This document shows positions 8,671 through 17,110 of a DNA stretch of 64,000 bases, piece by piece; positions within the stretch are counted from its first letter, which is position 1, and each line of letters starts with the position of its first letter. The notes under the pieces are model-generated. The model ran no database searches. It saw only the letters and a program-made list of their open reading frames with translations, and was not told the DNA's origin. This DNA comes from an uncultured Chitinophagales bacterium (GTDB taxonomy: Bacteria; Bacteroidota; Ignavibacteria; UBA10030; UBA6906): contig CAYUFU010000005.1 of the NCBI GenBank assembly GCA_964444145.1, positions 1,667 to 65,666 on the forward strand. Direction: 5' to 3'. The position numbers and the translations under genes were made by a program.

Positions 8671-9434
8671 CGTTTCACTCCCTTTGCCTTCATCAAGTCC
8701 ATAATTCTTGCTGCAATATCCTCAGCACTGCCATCAATCATTTGTGCCTGCGTTCCTTTCTCGGGTTTCATAATGCGGCGTACGCGCGAGCCAACTTCAA
8801 CCGCAATGGCGCCTGCCTCCGCATCATCCAACGTTGCTTCCTTCTGTATCTGACGAACGCGGCTCACAGCTACATAACGTGGAGTCTCTCGTGCAGCTTG
8901 AATGCCCAACACCGCTGGTAAATCCACCTCCAGTTCAGCCATCATACCGCCCTGGTATTCCTTGTGCACAATCGCTTTGCGCCCGTCCACATGCACGCCC
9001 GTCACGACGCTGATATGCGGCACGTCAAGATAGCTGGCCAACAGAACTCCCATCTGACCGTCGCGATCATCTACCGCTTGCACACCAGTGAGAATCAAAT
9101 CGTGCGGCAAGTTCTTCGCGACATTTGCAATCGCCTTCGCAGCGACATGCGACGCAACTCCGCCCGAAAGATCGCCCATCACTTTCACTCCTTTGTCCGC
9201 GCCTTTCGCTATTGCCGTGAAAAGAAGTTTGTCGGTTTCATCGCCATCGAGCGCGAGGACCGTCACCGTTCCGCCTAACGCGGCTTTCAATTGCAGCGCT
9301 TCTTCCAACGCGTGATCGTCGAACTCATTGATTTTGTATTTCACCGAGTCGCGATTGATGTCGGTTCCCTCTTCGTTGATCTCTAATTCTTCAACGAGGT
9401 CAGGAACTTGTTTGATGGGCACGAGGATGTTCAT
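8667..9434 (-). CDS. etfB: Electron transfer flavoprotein beta subunit
   Basis: 255-aa ORF starting MNILVPIKQVPD, with the typical EtfB layout. Translationally coupled to etfA. Confidence 0.9.
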   Translation of the reverse strand: MNILVPIKQVPDLVEELEINEEGTDINRDSVKYKINEFDDHALEEALQLKAALGGTVTVLALDGDETDKLLFTAIAKGADKGVKVMGDLSGGVASHVAAKAIANVAKNLPHDLILTGVQAVDDRDGQMGVLLASYLDVPHISVVTGVHVDGRKAIVHKEYQGGMMAELEVDLPAVLGIQAARETPRYVAVSRVRQIQKEATLDDAEAGAIAVEVGSRVRRIMKPEKGTQAQMIDGSAEDIAARIMDLMKAKGVKR

Positions 9435-9497
9435 GGACTCTTCTTCTTAGTGTACGTTTGAGATTTCACGGATATATTCTGGATGGATTGACGGAGT

Positions 9498-9516
9498 AGT
9501 GAGGCAATGCCTCACT
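9498..9516. other. Hairpin spanning the stop codon of the HdrD-like gene
   Basis: AGTGAGGC-AAT-GCCTCACT (8-bp stem). No U-tract. Confidence 0.35.
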
Positions 9517-10798
9517 GTTTAGCCATTGCTTCATCCAACAACTCTACAATGTCGCGCACAAGGAGTCTTCCTTCGTTGCCTGTGGACTTCACAGCGTCCT
9601 CGAAGCGCGAAACTTCGTATGGGCAACAAATCGCCAGCACTTCGGCACCTGTTTCCGTTGCCTCGCGAACGCGTCGCTCGGACAGGCGCTCGCTGACATG
9701 GTCTGCCATGAAACCATCCAACCACATGCCGCCTCCACCGCCGCCGCAGCAGTAGCCGTTCTCCTTGCAGCGCCACATCTCGATAAACTCGATGCCGGGT
9801 ATGGCGTGCAAGAGTTTGCGCGGCGATTCATACTCGCCGTTGTGTCGTCCTAAGTAACACGGGTCGTGGAAGGTGACCTTGTGCTTCAGTTCGTTTTTCA
9901 GCATCGGCTGAAGCTGATTCAGGCGCGACGCGAGGAACGTCGTGTAATGCTCGACCTCAAACTGGCCGCCTAACTTCGGATATTCTTTTCGGAATGCGTT
10001 GAGCGCGTGCGGGTCGGTAACAACAATCTTTTTGAATTTGTATTTCTTCAGCATCTTGATGTTGTGCGCCGCTAGCTCTTCAAACAAGCCCGGCTCGCCG
10101 GCGAGTCGCTGCGAGTCGCCGTCGCATTTTTCTTCGATGCCGAGAATGCCGAAATCAACGCCCAGCGCGGTGAAAACCCGCGCAAGCGCCTTCGATGCAT
10201 CAATGCCTCGCTTATGATAGCTCGGATAGTCGCTCACGAACCACAGCACATCCACAGGCTTCTTAGTTTGCGCCATGATCGGCACCGGAACGCCGGCGGT
10301 TTTCGTCCAATCGGCGCGCTTCTTCGGCGACTCGCCGAGCGGGTTGCCATACTCCGCACAGTTCTGAAACATCTGCTGCAGCTCTTTCGGTACTAAGCCC
10401 CTCAACACCGCTTGCTCGCGCACGGCGGGCATGACTTTGACCAAGTTCACTTCCTTTGGACAAACACGCAGACAGTTCATGCACGTCGTGCATTTCCAAA
10501 GCTCCGGGCTTTCAAACAAATCCATGCCCGTTTGCACTTGACGGAAAAGCTTACGCGGTCCGTAACTGCCGACGATATCCACTGGACACACAGGCACGCA
10601 TTGCGCGCATTGATAGCACCATCCAAACGACTCGGCATTGTCGAGCGCAGTGATTTTTTCCATCAGCTCCGGAGTATAATCCCACAAGACTCGTTGCTCG
10701 AACATCCGGTTCCAGTGGCCCGAAATATCCAAGCCCTCTTGAACGACATGCTCCTTTTCAATGATGCGCTCTTTGTCAACTGTAAGCAGTGAACCCAT
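9512..10798 (-). CDS. HdrD-like fused ferredoxin + 2xCCG protein (sHdrB3-type)
   Basis: The track ORF extends to 10945, but that part lies inside the sHdrH-like gene. I use ATG 10798 (MGSLLTVDKE), which overlaps the upstream stop as TGATG. Motifs: CYQCAQCVPVCP, CTTCMNCLRVCP, KCDGD, HDPCYLGRH, YCCGGGGG, CCPYE. Confidence 0.8.
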   Translation of the reverse strand: MGSLLTVDKERIIEKEHVVQEGLDISGHWNRMFEQRVLWDYTPELMEKITALDNAESFGWCYQCAQCVPVCPVDIVGSYGPRKLFRQVQTGMDLFESPELWKCTTCMNCLRVCPKEVNLVKVMPAVREQAVLRGLVPKELQQMFQNCAEYGNPLGESPKKRADWTKTAGVPVPIMAQTKKPVDVLWFVSDYPSYHKRGIDASKALARVFTALGVDFGILGIEEKCDGDSQRLAGEPGLFEELAAHNIKMLKKYKFKKIVVTDPHALNAFRKEYPKLGGQFEVEHYTTFLASRLNQLQPMLKNELKHKVTFHDPCYLGRHNGEYESPRKLLHAIPGIEFIEMWRCKENGYCCGGGGGGMWLDGFMADHVSERLSERRVREATETGAEVLAICCPYEVSRFEDAVKSTGNEGRLLVRDIVELLDEAMAKQ

Positions 10799-11577
10799 CA
10801 GGGACACTCCGTCATTATTCCGTTTTCGATTCGATACACACCCAACAGTCTCCGCGAGAACTCCGGTAGACCCGGCATGACCTTGTTGAATTCCTGCGTC
10901 ATCCGCATGCGTAAGACCGTGTACACGTACACGACATAGACACAACTCAAGAACACATCGGTCCCGAACAGGTTCTTGCTGATGGTCTGGAATCCCGTAG
11001 CCTCACCTACCTGGTGAACAAACGCGACCGCCTCACCGACACGCAAATAAATGTCTCCGGCGGTTTTGCCGCTGAGGTCGAATGCCTCAACAGTTACCAA
11101 TGGCAGCGCTCCTGTTCGTGTTTTCGGGTCCCACATCCAGCGTGTCCAGAGCCAATAGCGTTCGGGGTCAGTGAAGTGAAGTATCTCGCTGGCGATGTCG
11201 CGACGGATGTTGTCTTCGAGAGGTTCGAGCTTATCCACAAATGTTTGGAACCGCGATTTTGTCGGGTCGCTACCGTAGAGCAGTTCCCACGTCCACGCGC
11301 GCAAGTCATCCGGTCGAAATTGCTTCATGATTGCGTCCGTCTTTCGCCGCGCAGAAAAAATTCGCCGCAGCAACGAAAAGTAATCCGCCGATGCAAGAGA
11401 GGGGAGCGCCTCACGACTGAGTTTTTTTTGAAACCATAGCGCCTTCAATTCCACTTCTGCGCAGATTTTTTGCAGCTCCTCTGCTGCAACTTTCTCCAGC
11501 GCCTGGCGCATGAATTCTTTTGCGGTTTCCGTGTCAACGACTTGGCTCACCCTGAAACCCGATTTGATTTCACGCAA
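10798..11577 (-). CDS. shdrH: Conserved hypothetical in the sHdrH position
   Basis: 259-aa ORF (TTG start in the track; the start is uncertain). No recognisable motif; assigned only by its position between the HdrA-like gene and the next Hdr subunit. Confidence 0.55.
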   Translation of the reverse strand: MREIKSGFRVSQVVDTETAKEFMRQALEKVAAEELQKICAEVELKALWFQKKLSREALPSLASADYFSLLRRIFSARRKTDAIMKQFRPDDLRAWTWELLYGSDPTKSRFQTFVDKLEPLEDNIRRDIASEILHFTDPERYWLWTRWMWDPKTRTGALPLVTVEAFDLSGKTAGDIYLRVGEAVAFVHQVGEATGFQTISKNLFGTDVFLSCVYVVYVYTVLRMRMTQEFNKVMPGLPEFSRRLLGVYRIENGIMTECP

Positions 11578-11761
11578 AGTCGCAAAGCCGCTAAGTTTGT
11601 TTTGAGAAAGTTGAGGAAAGAAGATTTACCTTGTCGGTGGAAGCGCATGAACAGTTCGGGAATCCTCTTCCTCATGTTTTGTTTCTTTTTCGTTGCGTCT
11701 TGCCTGCCCGCCTCACTGTGCTATGATGGCAGGCGGGGCGCCTTTGCGTGAGAATCTCGCG

Positions 11762-12838
11762 CTATGCCGCCGCGTGAACGCCATGCTTGCGCACGATGGC
11801 AATCGCCTTCATCGCCGCCGCCGCCGCGGATGAAACCGAATCTTCGAGGTCGGCGGGACCTGTAGCAGCGCCGCATGCAAACACGCCGGGCACACTCGTC
11901 GTCACGGTATCGAGTGCGCCGCCGACGGCTTCGATGAACTGGTATTTGTTAAGCTGCAACCCGAAAACGCTCGCCATCGCGCGCGTCCCCGCACTCGGCT
12001 CCATCCCAACCGAGAGCACAACGATATCCATTGGCACTTCCATCGGTCGTCCCATCGTCGTGTCTTCGCCGCGGATCAATAAGCGGTCGCCTTTCTTCAA
12101 TACTTCGGTAACAATGCCTTTAACGTAATTGACCTTGTGCTTCTCTTGCGCGGGCCAGTAGATTTGATTTTCCCAGTAACCGTACATGCGCATGTCAATG
12201 TAGAAGATGAAGACCTTGCAGTTAGGGAGGAGCTGGCGAACTTCGATTGCCTCTTTGGAGGCGACGCCGCAGCAGACCTTCGAGCAATACTCGTTGCCGA
12301 TTTGTCTGTCGCGCGAACCGACGCACTGAATGAAGCACAAGCGCTCCGGCGGTTTGCCGTTCGATGGACGCACGACGTTGTGTGCGCGCAGCATTTTCTC
12401 TAAGTCCACCAGTGTGATGACGTCGTCGAACTCATAATAGCCGTATTGCTGCGTTTCACGTCCCGGATCGAAATGTTGGAATCCCGTTGCGATGATGACA
12501 GCGCCCGCTTTCACTTTTTCCTGTCCCATGCCGTTCTTAACGGTGATCTCGAAATTGCCGACGGAGCCGCTTGCCGCTGTCACGGTGGAATTCAGTCGAA
12601 TGCCAACCAGTGGATTGTTGTCAACGCGCGCAACCATTTCGGCAATCGCGCTGTCTGCGCTGCGGAAATCTGGCGTGAGCGCGGCGTAACCCGCTTCGTC
12701 CGGCGTGCCGCCGAGGCGCGCGCGTTTTTCGATGAGTATCGCCGTATAGCCAAGCTCAGCGACGCTGCGCGCTGCTTCCAAGCCCGCAGGTCCGCCGCCA
12801 ATAATCATGATAGGCAAGACTGATTCAGGCATTAACAT
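11762..12838 (-). CDS. shdrA: sHdrA-like FAD/Fe-S flavoprotein
   Basis: 358-aa ORF with IIGGGPAGLEAA dinucleotide fold and Cys cluster CVGSRD...CSKVCC. Overlaps the HdrB-like gene by 14 nt. Confidence 0.85.
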   Translation of the reverse strand: MLMPESVLPIMIIGGGPAGLEAARSVAELGYTAILIEKRARLGGTPDEAGYAALTPDFRSADSAIAEMVARVDNNPLVGIRLNSTVTAASGSVGNFEITVKNGMGQEKVKAGAVIIATGFQHFDPGRETQQYGYYEFDDVITLVDLEKMLRAHNVVRPSNGKPPERLCFIQCVGSRDRQIGNEYCSKVCCGVASKEAIEVRQLLPNCKVFIFYIDMRMYGYWENQIYWPAQEKHKVNYVKGIVTEVLKKGDRLLIRGEDTTMGRPMEVPMDIVVLSVGMEPSAGTRAMASVFGLQLNKYQFIEAVGGALDTVTTSVPGVFACGAATGPADLEDSVSSAAAAAMKAIAIVRKHGVHAAA

Positions 12839-14018
12839 CCTCCCACGTCAGGTATTGTTTTTCACCGCTCTTCAACCGTTCGGTCGCTGCTTCAAATTCC
12901 TTCCAAGCTTTCTCGTGATCGATTCCGACTTTCTCCAAGAACGCCGTGTTGTCCGTACTGTGCCAGTGGAGTTGCAGCACTTTGTAGGGATGTGCGCCCA
13001 TGGCAAGCGCCGCAATCTGCGAATCGGACATGACGGGAACACCGACATTGCGTCCGTGCGCCTTCGCGGCAAACTGACTTTGGTCGAGCGTTGTCACGCA
13101 ACCCGTGTCGTGCGTGACCGTGACATCGGGATTGGCTTCTTGTTTCATCACTTCGATTTTCCGCATCGTTGCAAACGAGCGGGAGAAATCGCGCGACACA
13201 AGAATGTGGCGGAACCCGAAGCCGCAGCAATCGAACCATGTGGAATAATCCTTCACGTCAATACCCAGGGCTTTCAGTGTTCCGGTAATAATTGCAGACC
13301 GCTGCGCGCCGTAAATTTCCGGATCATACACTGCATCTTCTGCAATGAGCTTATGATAGTGACATGCAGGATGGACCGTTGCGCGTATCATGCTCATGTC
13401 GCGCACCTGATGCGCTGCAATCCTGTCGCGCACGGCGTGCACCCATTCGCTGTAGTGAACAATCTCTTCAGGTATGACGAATTTCTTTCCAAGCCGCGCC
13501 AGAATGTCGCGCACTTGCTTGCGCAGCGCGGCGCTGTGCAAGAGCTGCTGCCGCGTTTCTTTGTAATGTCCGAAGCTCGTGCCGCAATGAATGATGGGGA
13601 AGTATCCCGTTTCAGCCGCCGCCGCAAAGTTGCGCATGGCAACCGCCGCTTGTGCCGCCGCATTCGAGGTTGCTGAGGCATAGTAATTCCACGCCGTGCA
13701 CGACGTCTGGTCGGTCGGGTCAATGTAATCGAGCCCAAGTTGGCGGTTTATCCAAAAGATAGAAGTCGAGTAGCCGGGGATGTGCCCGCACTGACCGCAG
13801 CTCTTGTGATGCCAGGTTTTCTGCACCGGAATCTTTTTCTTCCGCCCGTACTTTGTCTCGACTTCGATGTACGGCTCGGGCACGCGCTGAACCTCCCACT
13901 CACCCTCTTTTTCTAACTCGAAGAGGTGCTCATGAAAATCGTCGGTGGGTGCGTTCTTGACATCGCGAACAAACTCTCGGTCCTTCGCCTGCTTCACTAA
14001 CGCTTCCTGTGGTATCAT
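12825..14018 (-). CDS. shdrB1: sHdrB1-like CCG-domain subunit
   Basis: 397-aa ORF with CCG motif in FDCCGFGFRH and a further Cys-rich region. Confidence 0.8.
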   Translation of the reverse strand: MIPQEALVKQAKDREFVRDVKNAPTDDFHEHLFELEKEGEWEVQRVPEPYIEVETKYGRKKKIPVQKTWHHKSCGQCGHIPGYSTSIFWINRQLGLDYIDPTDQTSCTAWNYYASATSNAAAQAAVAMRNFAAAAETGYFPIIHCGTSFGHYKETRQQLLHSAALRKQVRDILARLGKKFVIPEEIVHYSEWVHAVRDRIAAHQVRDMSMIRATVHPACHYHKLIAEDAVYDPEIYGAQRSAIITGTLKALGIDVKDYSTWFDCCGFGFRHILVSRDFSRSFATMRKIEVMKQEANPDVTVTHDTGCVTTLDQSQFAAKAHGRNVGVPVMSDSQIAALAMGAHPYKVLQLHWHSTDNTAFLEKVGIDHEKAWKEFEAATERLKSGEKQYLTWEDVNA

Positions 14019-14072
14019 GTGGTTTGCTCCTGACTAGTTCTTTCCCAACCTTCTGTGTGCAGAGAGTTCTCC

Positions 14073-14777
14073 TCACTCAAAGCTGACAGCATAGCCCGCT
14101 TCCTCGAGTCGTTCTTCCATCACATCCTGTAAAATCATGAACAACCCCTCGTCCACTTCTTTGATCATATCCATCACGCCAGTCATGTGCCAAATCAAAT
14201 ACAGTTCAATGATGGTCTTCTCGTCCACCTGCCATCCTGTTTCTGTGGTGTGCAATGTTTCGGGCGGCAGTGCGCGGCGCCAAACATCGAGGTTATCCGA
14301 AATCGCTTTCACGTGGGGTCCCCAATCCGGGAACGCGTTCGGCTGCAGCATATCGGGGGAGACTTGCGTGCCGGTTGACATGATCTTGTAGACGACGCGC
14401 CCGTAGCCTTCGAGCGCCTCCTGTGCGGTTGCCAAGCCGTTCTTCACAGCGACTTCGCGCATGATCGTGATGATGCCGCCGGGCGAATTCTTGCGCGGGC
14501 AGCGGTCGCACGAAAAACATTGCGAGCAGTCCCAGATGCTGTCGTTCATCAATGTGTACACGAGGTCCACATCCTCGCGGGCAACGGCTTGCGCAATCTT
14601 GCGCGGACTGAAATCATAGAACCGCGCCGAGGGGCACGCGGCTACACAAATGCCGCATTCATAACAGCCATACAGATACTCCTCATAGCGCAGGTCTGCC
14701 TTGACCTGCTCGAAGAGCCGTTCTTTCTCTTCGTAGGCGACGCTCGCGTATTTTCTCCCTGTCAGGTCGAGAGCCAC
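14073..14777 (-). CDS. shdrC1: sHdrC1-like 2x[4Fe-4S] subunit
   Basis: 234-aa ORF (GTG start) with CYECGICVAACP and CSQCFSCDRCP. Confidence 0.8.
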   Translation of the reverse strand: MALDLTGRKYASVAYEEKERLFEQVKADLRYEEYLYGCYECGICVAACPSARFYDFSPRKIAQAVAREDVDLVYTLMNDSIWDCSQCFSCDRCPRKNSPGGIITIMREVAVKNGLATAQEALEGYGRVVYKIMSTGTQVSPDMLQPNAFPDWGPHVKAISDNLDVWRRALPPETLHTTETGWQVDEKTIIELYLIWHMTGVMDMIKEVDEGLFMILQDVMEERLEEAGYAVSFE

Positions 14778-14820
14778 GATGTATTTTCCTTTTCCTCTTC
14801 AACTAACCGAAGCGAAGTGT

Positions 14821-14927
14821 CTCCACCCATTTGAGGTGATGGATTATTGGATTGGTGGATTCCATTCATCCAACAATCCAGTTCAAGATCATTCGTCCCG
14901 CTTTGCGGGACGCAGGGTTCAGTGAGC
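14821..14927 (-). repeat. Intercistronic two-hairpin repeat, copy A
   Basis: Read on the minus strand: AACCCTGcgtCCCGCAAAGCGGGACGAA...GAATCCAcCAATCCAATAATCCAT, matching 37094..37200. GC hairpin at 14895..14911. AT-rich hairpin arms at 14848..14860 and 14868..14880. Confidence 0.7.
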
Positions 14928-15398
14928 CTACGCCTCAAATCCCTCCACGTGAGCGCATGCCTTGAGATTTTCTTTTTCAATCTTTTGTCGGTATGCTTCC
15001 ACTGCGGCGTCGCCTGTTGACATCGCCGCAAGATCTGCTTGAAGATTCGATGGCTGCATTTTTACAATCCACCCTGCGTTGTAGGGACTTTGATTGATGA
15101 GCTTCGCGTTCTGTCCGACCTTCGCATTGACCTCGATAATCTCTCCTGAGACGGGGGATTTTACGGGACCAACCCATTTGCCGCTTTCGACCGTCGCAAT
15201 TGGTTTTCCTTTTTCGCGCTTCGTGCCGACGCCTTTTGCTTTTGCGTGGAGCAATGGTCCGGCGAGATTTTGCGCGACATCGGTCATGCCTACGAGCACC
15301 GTTCCATCGTCATTGAGTTTTATCCAGGTGTGGTCCTCAACCGCGTAGTAGAGGTCTTTGAGAATGACACAACCACGGACTTCGTCTTTTTCGGGCAT
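14928..15398 (-). CDS. lbpA: GcvH-like lipoate-binding protein LbpA (copy 2)
   Basis: 156-aa ORF with lipoyl-lysine context VESGKWVGPVKSPVSGEI. GGAG SD upstream. Confidence 0.85.
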   Translation of the reverse strand: MPEKDEVRGCVILKDLYYAVEDHTWIKLNDDGTVLVGMTDVAQNLAGPLLHAKAKGVGTKREKGKPIATVESGKWVGPVKSPVSGEIIEVNAKVGQNAKLINQSPYNAGWIVKMQPSNLQADLAAMSTGDAAVEAYRQKIEKENLKACAHVEGFEA

Positions 15399-15500
15399 TG
15401 CTTTTTCTCCTGCTCACTGGTATTAGGCAGCGATTAGCACACCACCGCGTTCTGCACCGCTGTACAATTTGCACCCGCCATTGGTATCCCTTACACTACG

Positions 15501-15878
15501 TCAAAAGTACATCACATGATCCGATTCGAGCGCCAAATCTATGATGCTCGTTGCGCCCAGAATCTCAACGCCGGGAATCAAGTCCTCAGACTGCATGTTC
15601 CACAATGCCATGCTCTGCTGGCAGACGCGCAGCTTCACGCCGGACTCCATCGCCTGCTCAAGCATCGTTTTGAGTGTTACGTCGCTTGTCGGGTCGAGCT
15701 GGACTTTTTCCGCTGCGCCTTGCTTCAATTGATTGGTTCCATCCATCGTGAACCAAACCATCACCTCCATCTCCATTGCCGCCGCCGCCATCGCATAGAA
15801 AAGGGGAGAGTAGGTTCGGCGCGGCGTCTCGACCCCATGGGTTTGTATCACCAAAATTTTTTTCCCTTCGGCATCCAT
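15501..15878 (-). CDS. DsrE/DsrF-family sulfur-carrier-like protein (small)
   Basis: 125-aa ORF with DsrE-like layout (KILVIQTHG...) and a candidate active Cys in LRVCQQS. Confidence 0.7.
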   Translation of the reverse strand: MDAEGKKILVIQTHGVETPRRTYSPLFYAMAAAAMEMEVMVWFTMDGTNQLKQGAAEKVQLDPTSDVTLKTMLEQAMESGVKLRVCQQSMALWNMQSEDLIPGVEILGATSIIDLALESDHVMYF

Positions 15879-15977
15879 CGGGTTATTCTCTGTTGTCGTT
15901 TCCCATTCGATTACTGTTCTCTACCCTCTCGGCGTTCTTTGCAGTCAATTCATTTTCCTGTTTTCGGACAAGTTGCT

Positions 15978-16265
15978 CTAAGGATTGATTTCACACGGCT
16001 TGTTCGGGTCAGCGAGAACGATGAGATACTTCTTGTTCCATTCCCACCCGTCGTGTTCGGACATAAATTCATGCAGCTTGTCTTTTTCGGGATGATGCGT
16101 ATGAAGCTTGAGTGCAAGAGGAATGTTCCGTTCGTCCGTTGCGAGTATCTCCATCAAGAGCCATTCACCGGCGAGATCGTGATAAAGCTGGCTCAACTCA
16201 CTGAGCGCAAGTTCCTTCCCCGTCCAATCATCATTCGGCGCTGGAACCTGTAGCGTCCGTCTCAC
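15978..16265 (-). CDS. Hypothetical 95-aa protein, translationally coupled to the DsrE3-like gene
   Basis: The track ORF 15978..16331 overlaps the dsrE3-like gene by 70 nt. An in-frame GTG at 16265 overlaps the dsrE3-like stop as GTGA. No motif recognised. Confidence 0.5.
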   Translation of the reverse strand: MRRTLQVPAPNDDWTGKELALSELSQLYHDLAGEWLLMEILATDERNIPLALKLHTHHPEKDKLHEFMSEHDGWEWNKKYLIVLADPNKPCEINP

Positions 16266-16780
16266 ACAAACAAACTCACGTTCGCGTTTGCCGCGTATTC
16301 GAGGAACGTCGCCGCTCCGCCGATCTCGCACTCCGGAATAAAATCTTCTCTGGTGAAGCCGAATACATCCATCGTCATCTGGCAGCCAATCATGCGGACG
16401 TCCATTTCAACACATGCACTGCGCAAGTCCCCAACGGTCGCGACGCCTTTCTTTTTGAATGTCTGCTTCATCAGATTCGTGGCGACGTTTTCAAAGCCGG
16501 GTATGTTGCCCATTAACAAGTTTGGAATGTGCCAATTGATTTTCTGGAATCCCTCTGGTCCGAACGGCATCTTCATCGGCATCGCCGGGTTACCGACGGG
16601 CGTTACGGTTGCATGAAGGTCCTTCTTCAGCAACGGCAAGCCATAGAACGTGAAAAAGATTGCAACTTCCCAATCCATCGAGGCTGCCGCGCTCGCGAGA
16701 ATGAAGGGAGGGTACGCCCAATCCAGCGTTCCCTTGCTGGCAATAAGTGCCAGACGATGTTTTCCATTACTCTGTGCCAT
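16262..16780 (-). CDS. DsrE3-type (COG2210-like) sulfur-carrier protein
   Basis: 172-aa ORF with conserved Cys context MIGCQMTMDVFG and a GGAG SD. Confidence 0.75.
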   Translation of the reverse strand: MAQSNGKHRLALIASKGTLDWAYPPFILASAAASMDWEVAIFFTFYGLPLLKKDLHATVTPVGNPAMPMKMPFGPEGFQKINWHIPNLLMGNIPGFENVATNLMKQTFKKKGVATVGDLRSACVEMDVRMIGCQMTMDVFGFTREDFIPECEIGGAATFLEYAANANVSLFV

Positions 16781-16867
16781 AAGGATTCTCCTTCAATGCA
16801 ATGAAAAGAATTCTCAACCGAGAACGGAATAGTTGCCGCTTGAAGAGAGCCTCGCTCGATGCGTTTG

Positions 16868-17110
16868 TTAGTGAGTTACCTTGATGAGGAAGCGGAATTT
16901 TCCGTTGTCTTCTTTCTGCGCATGAAGCAACTCATGCTGCGTTTGCCGCGCCCATGCTTGCATGTCAGGAATGGACCCAGGGTCGGTTGCAACCATCTCG
17001 AGGACTTCTCCCACGTGCATTTCTTTGATGACCTTCTTGGTCTTGACAACAGGCATGGGACACAGTAAGCCGCTGCAATCGAGAGTTTTGTTAGGTTTCG
17101 TTTCGTTCAT
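16868..17110 (-). CDS. tusA: TusA-family sulfur carrier
   Basis: 80-aa ORF with canonical LDCSGLLCPMPVVKTKK (CPxP motif). Its ATG overlaps the upstream stop as ATGA. Confidence 0.9.
   Translation of the reverse strand: MNETKPNKTLDCSGLLCPMPVVKTKKVIKEMHVGEVLEMVATDPGSIPDMQAWARQTQHELLHAQKEDNGKFRFLIKVTH

Noticed and set aside
7996-8853. 285-aa plus-strand ORF (and 8027..8704) opposite etfA/etfB
   Set aside because: It lies antisense to a gene with clear ETF motifs and has an Arg/Ala/His-rich, low-complexity composition. This is a typical shadow ORF in GC-rich DNA.
10799-10945. N-terminal 49-codon extension of the HdrD-like ORF (track start 10945); likewise 18623..18871 for the FNR ORF
   Set aside because: Each extension lies entirely inside the upstream gene in another frame and has an implausible composition. 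The internal ATGs give canonical N-termini and stop/start coupling.
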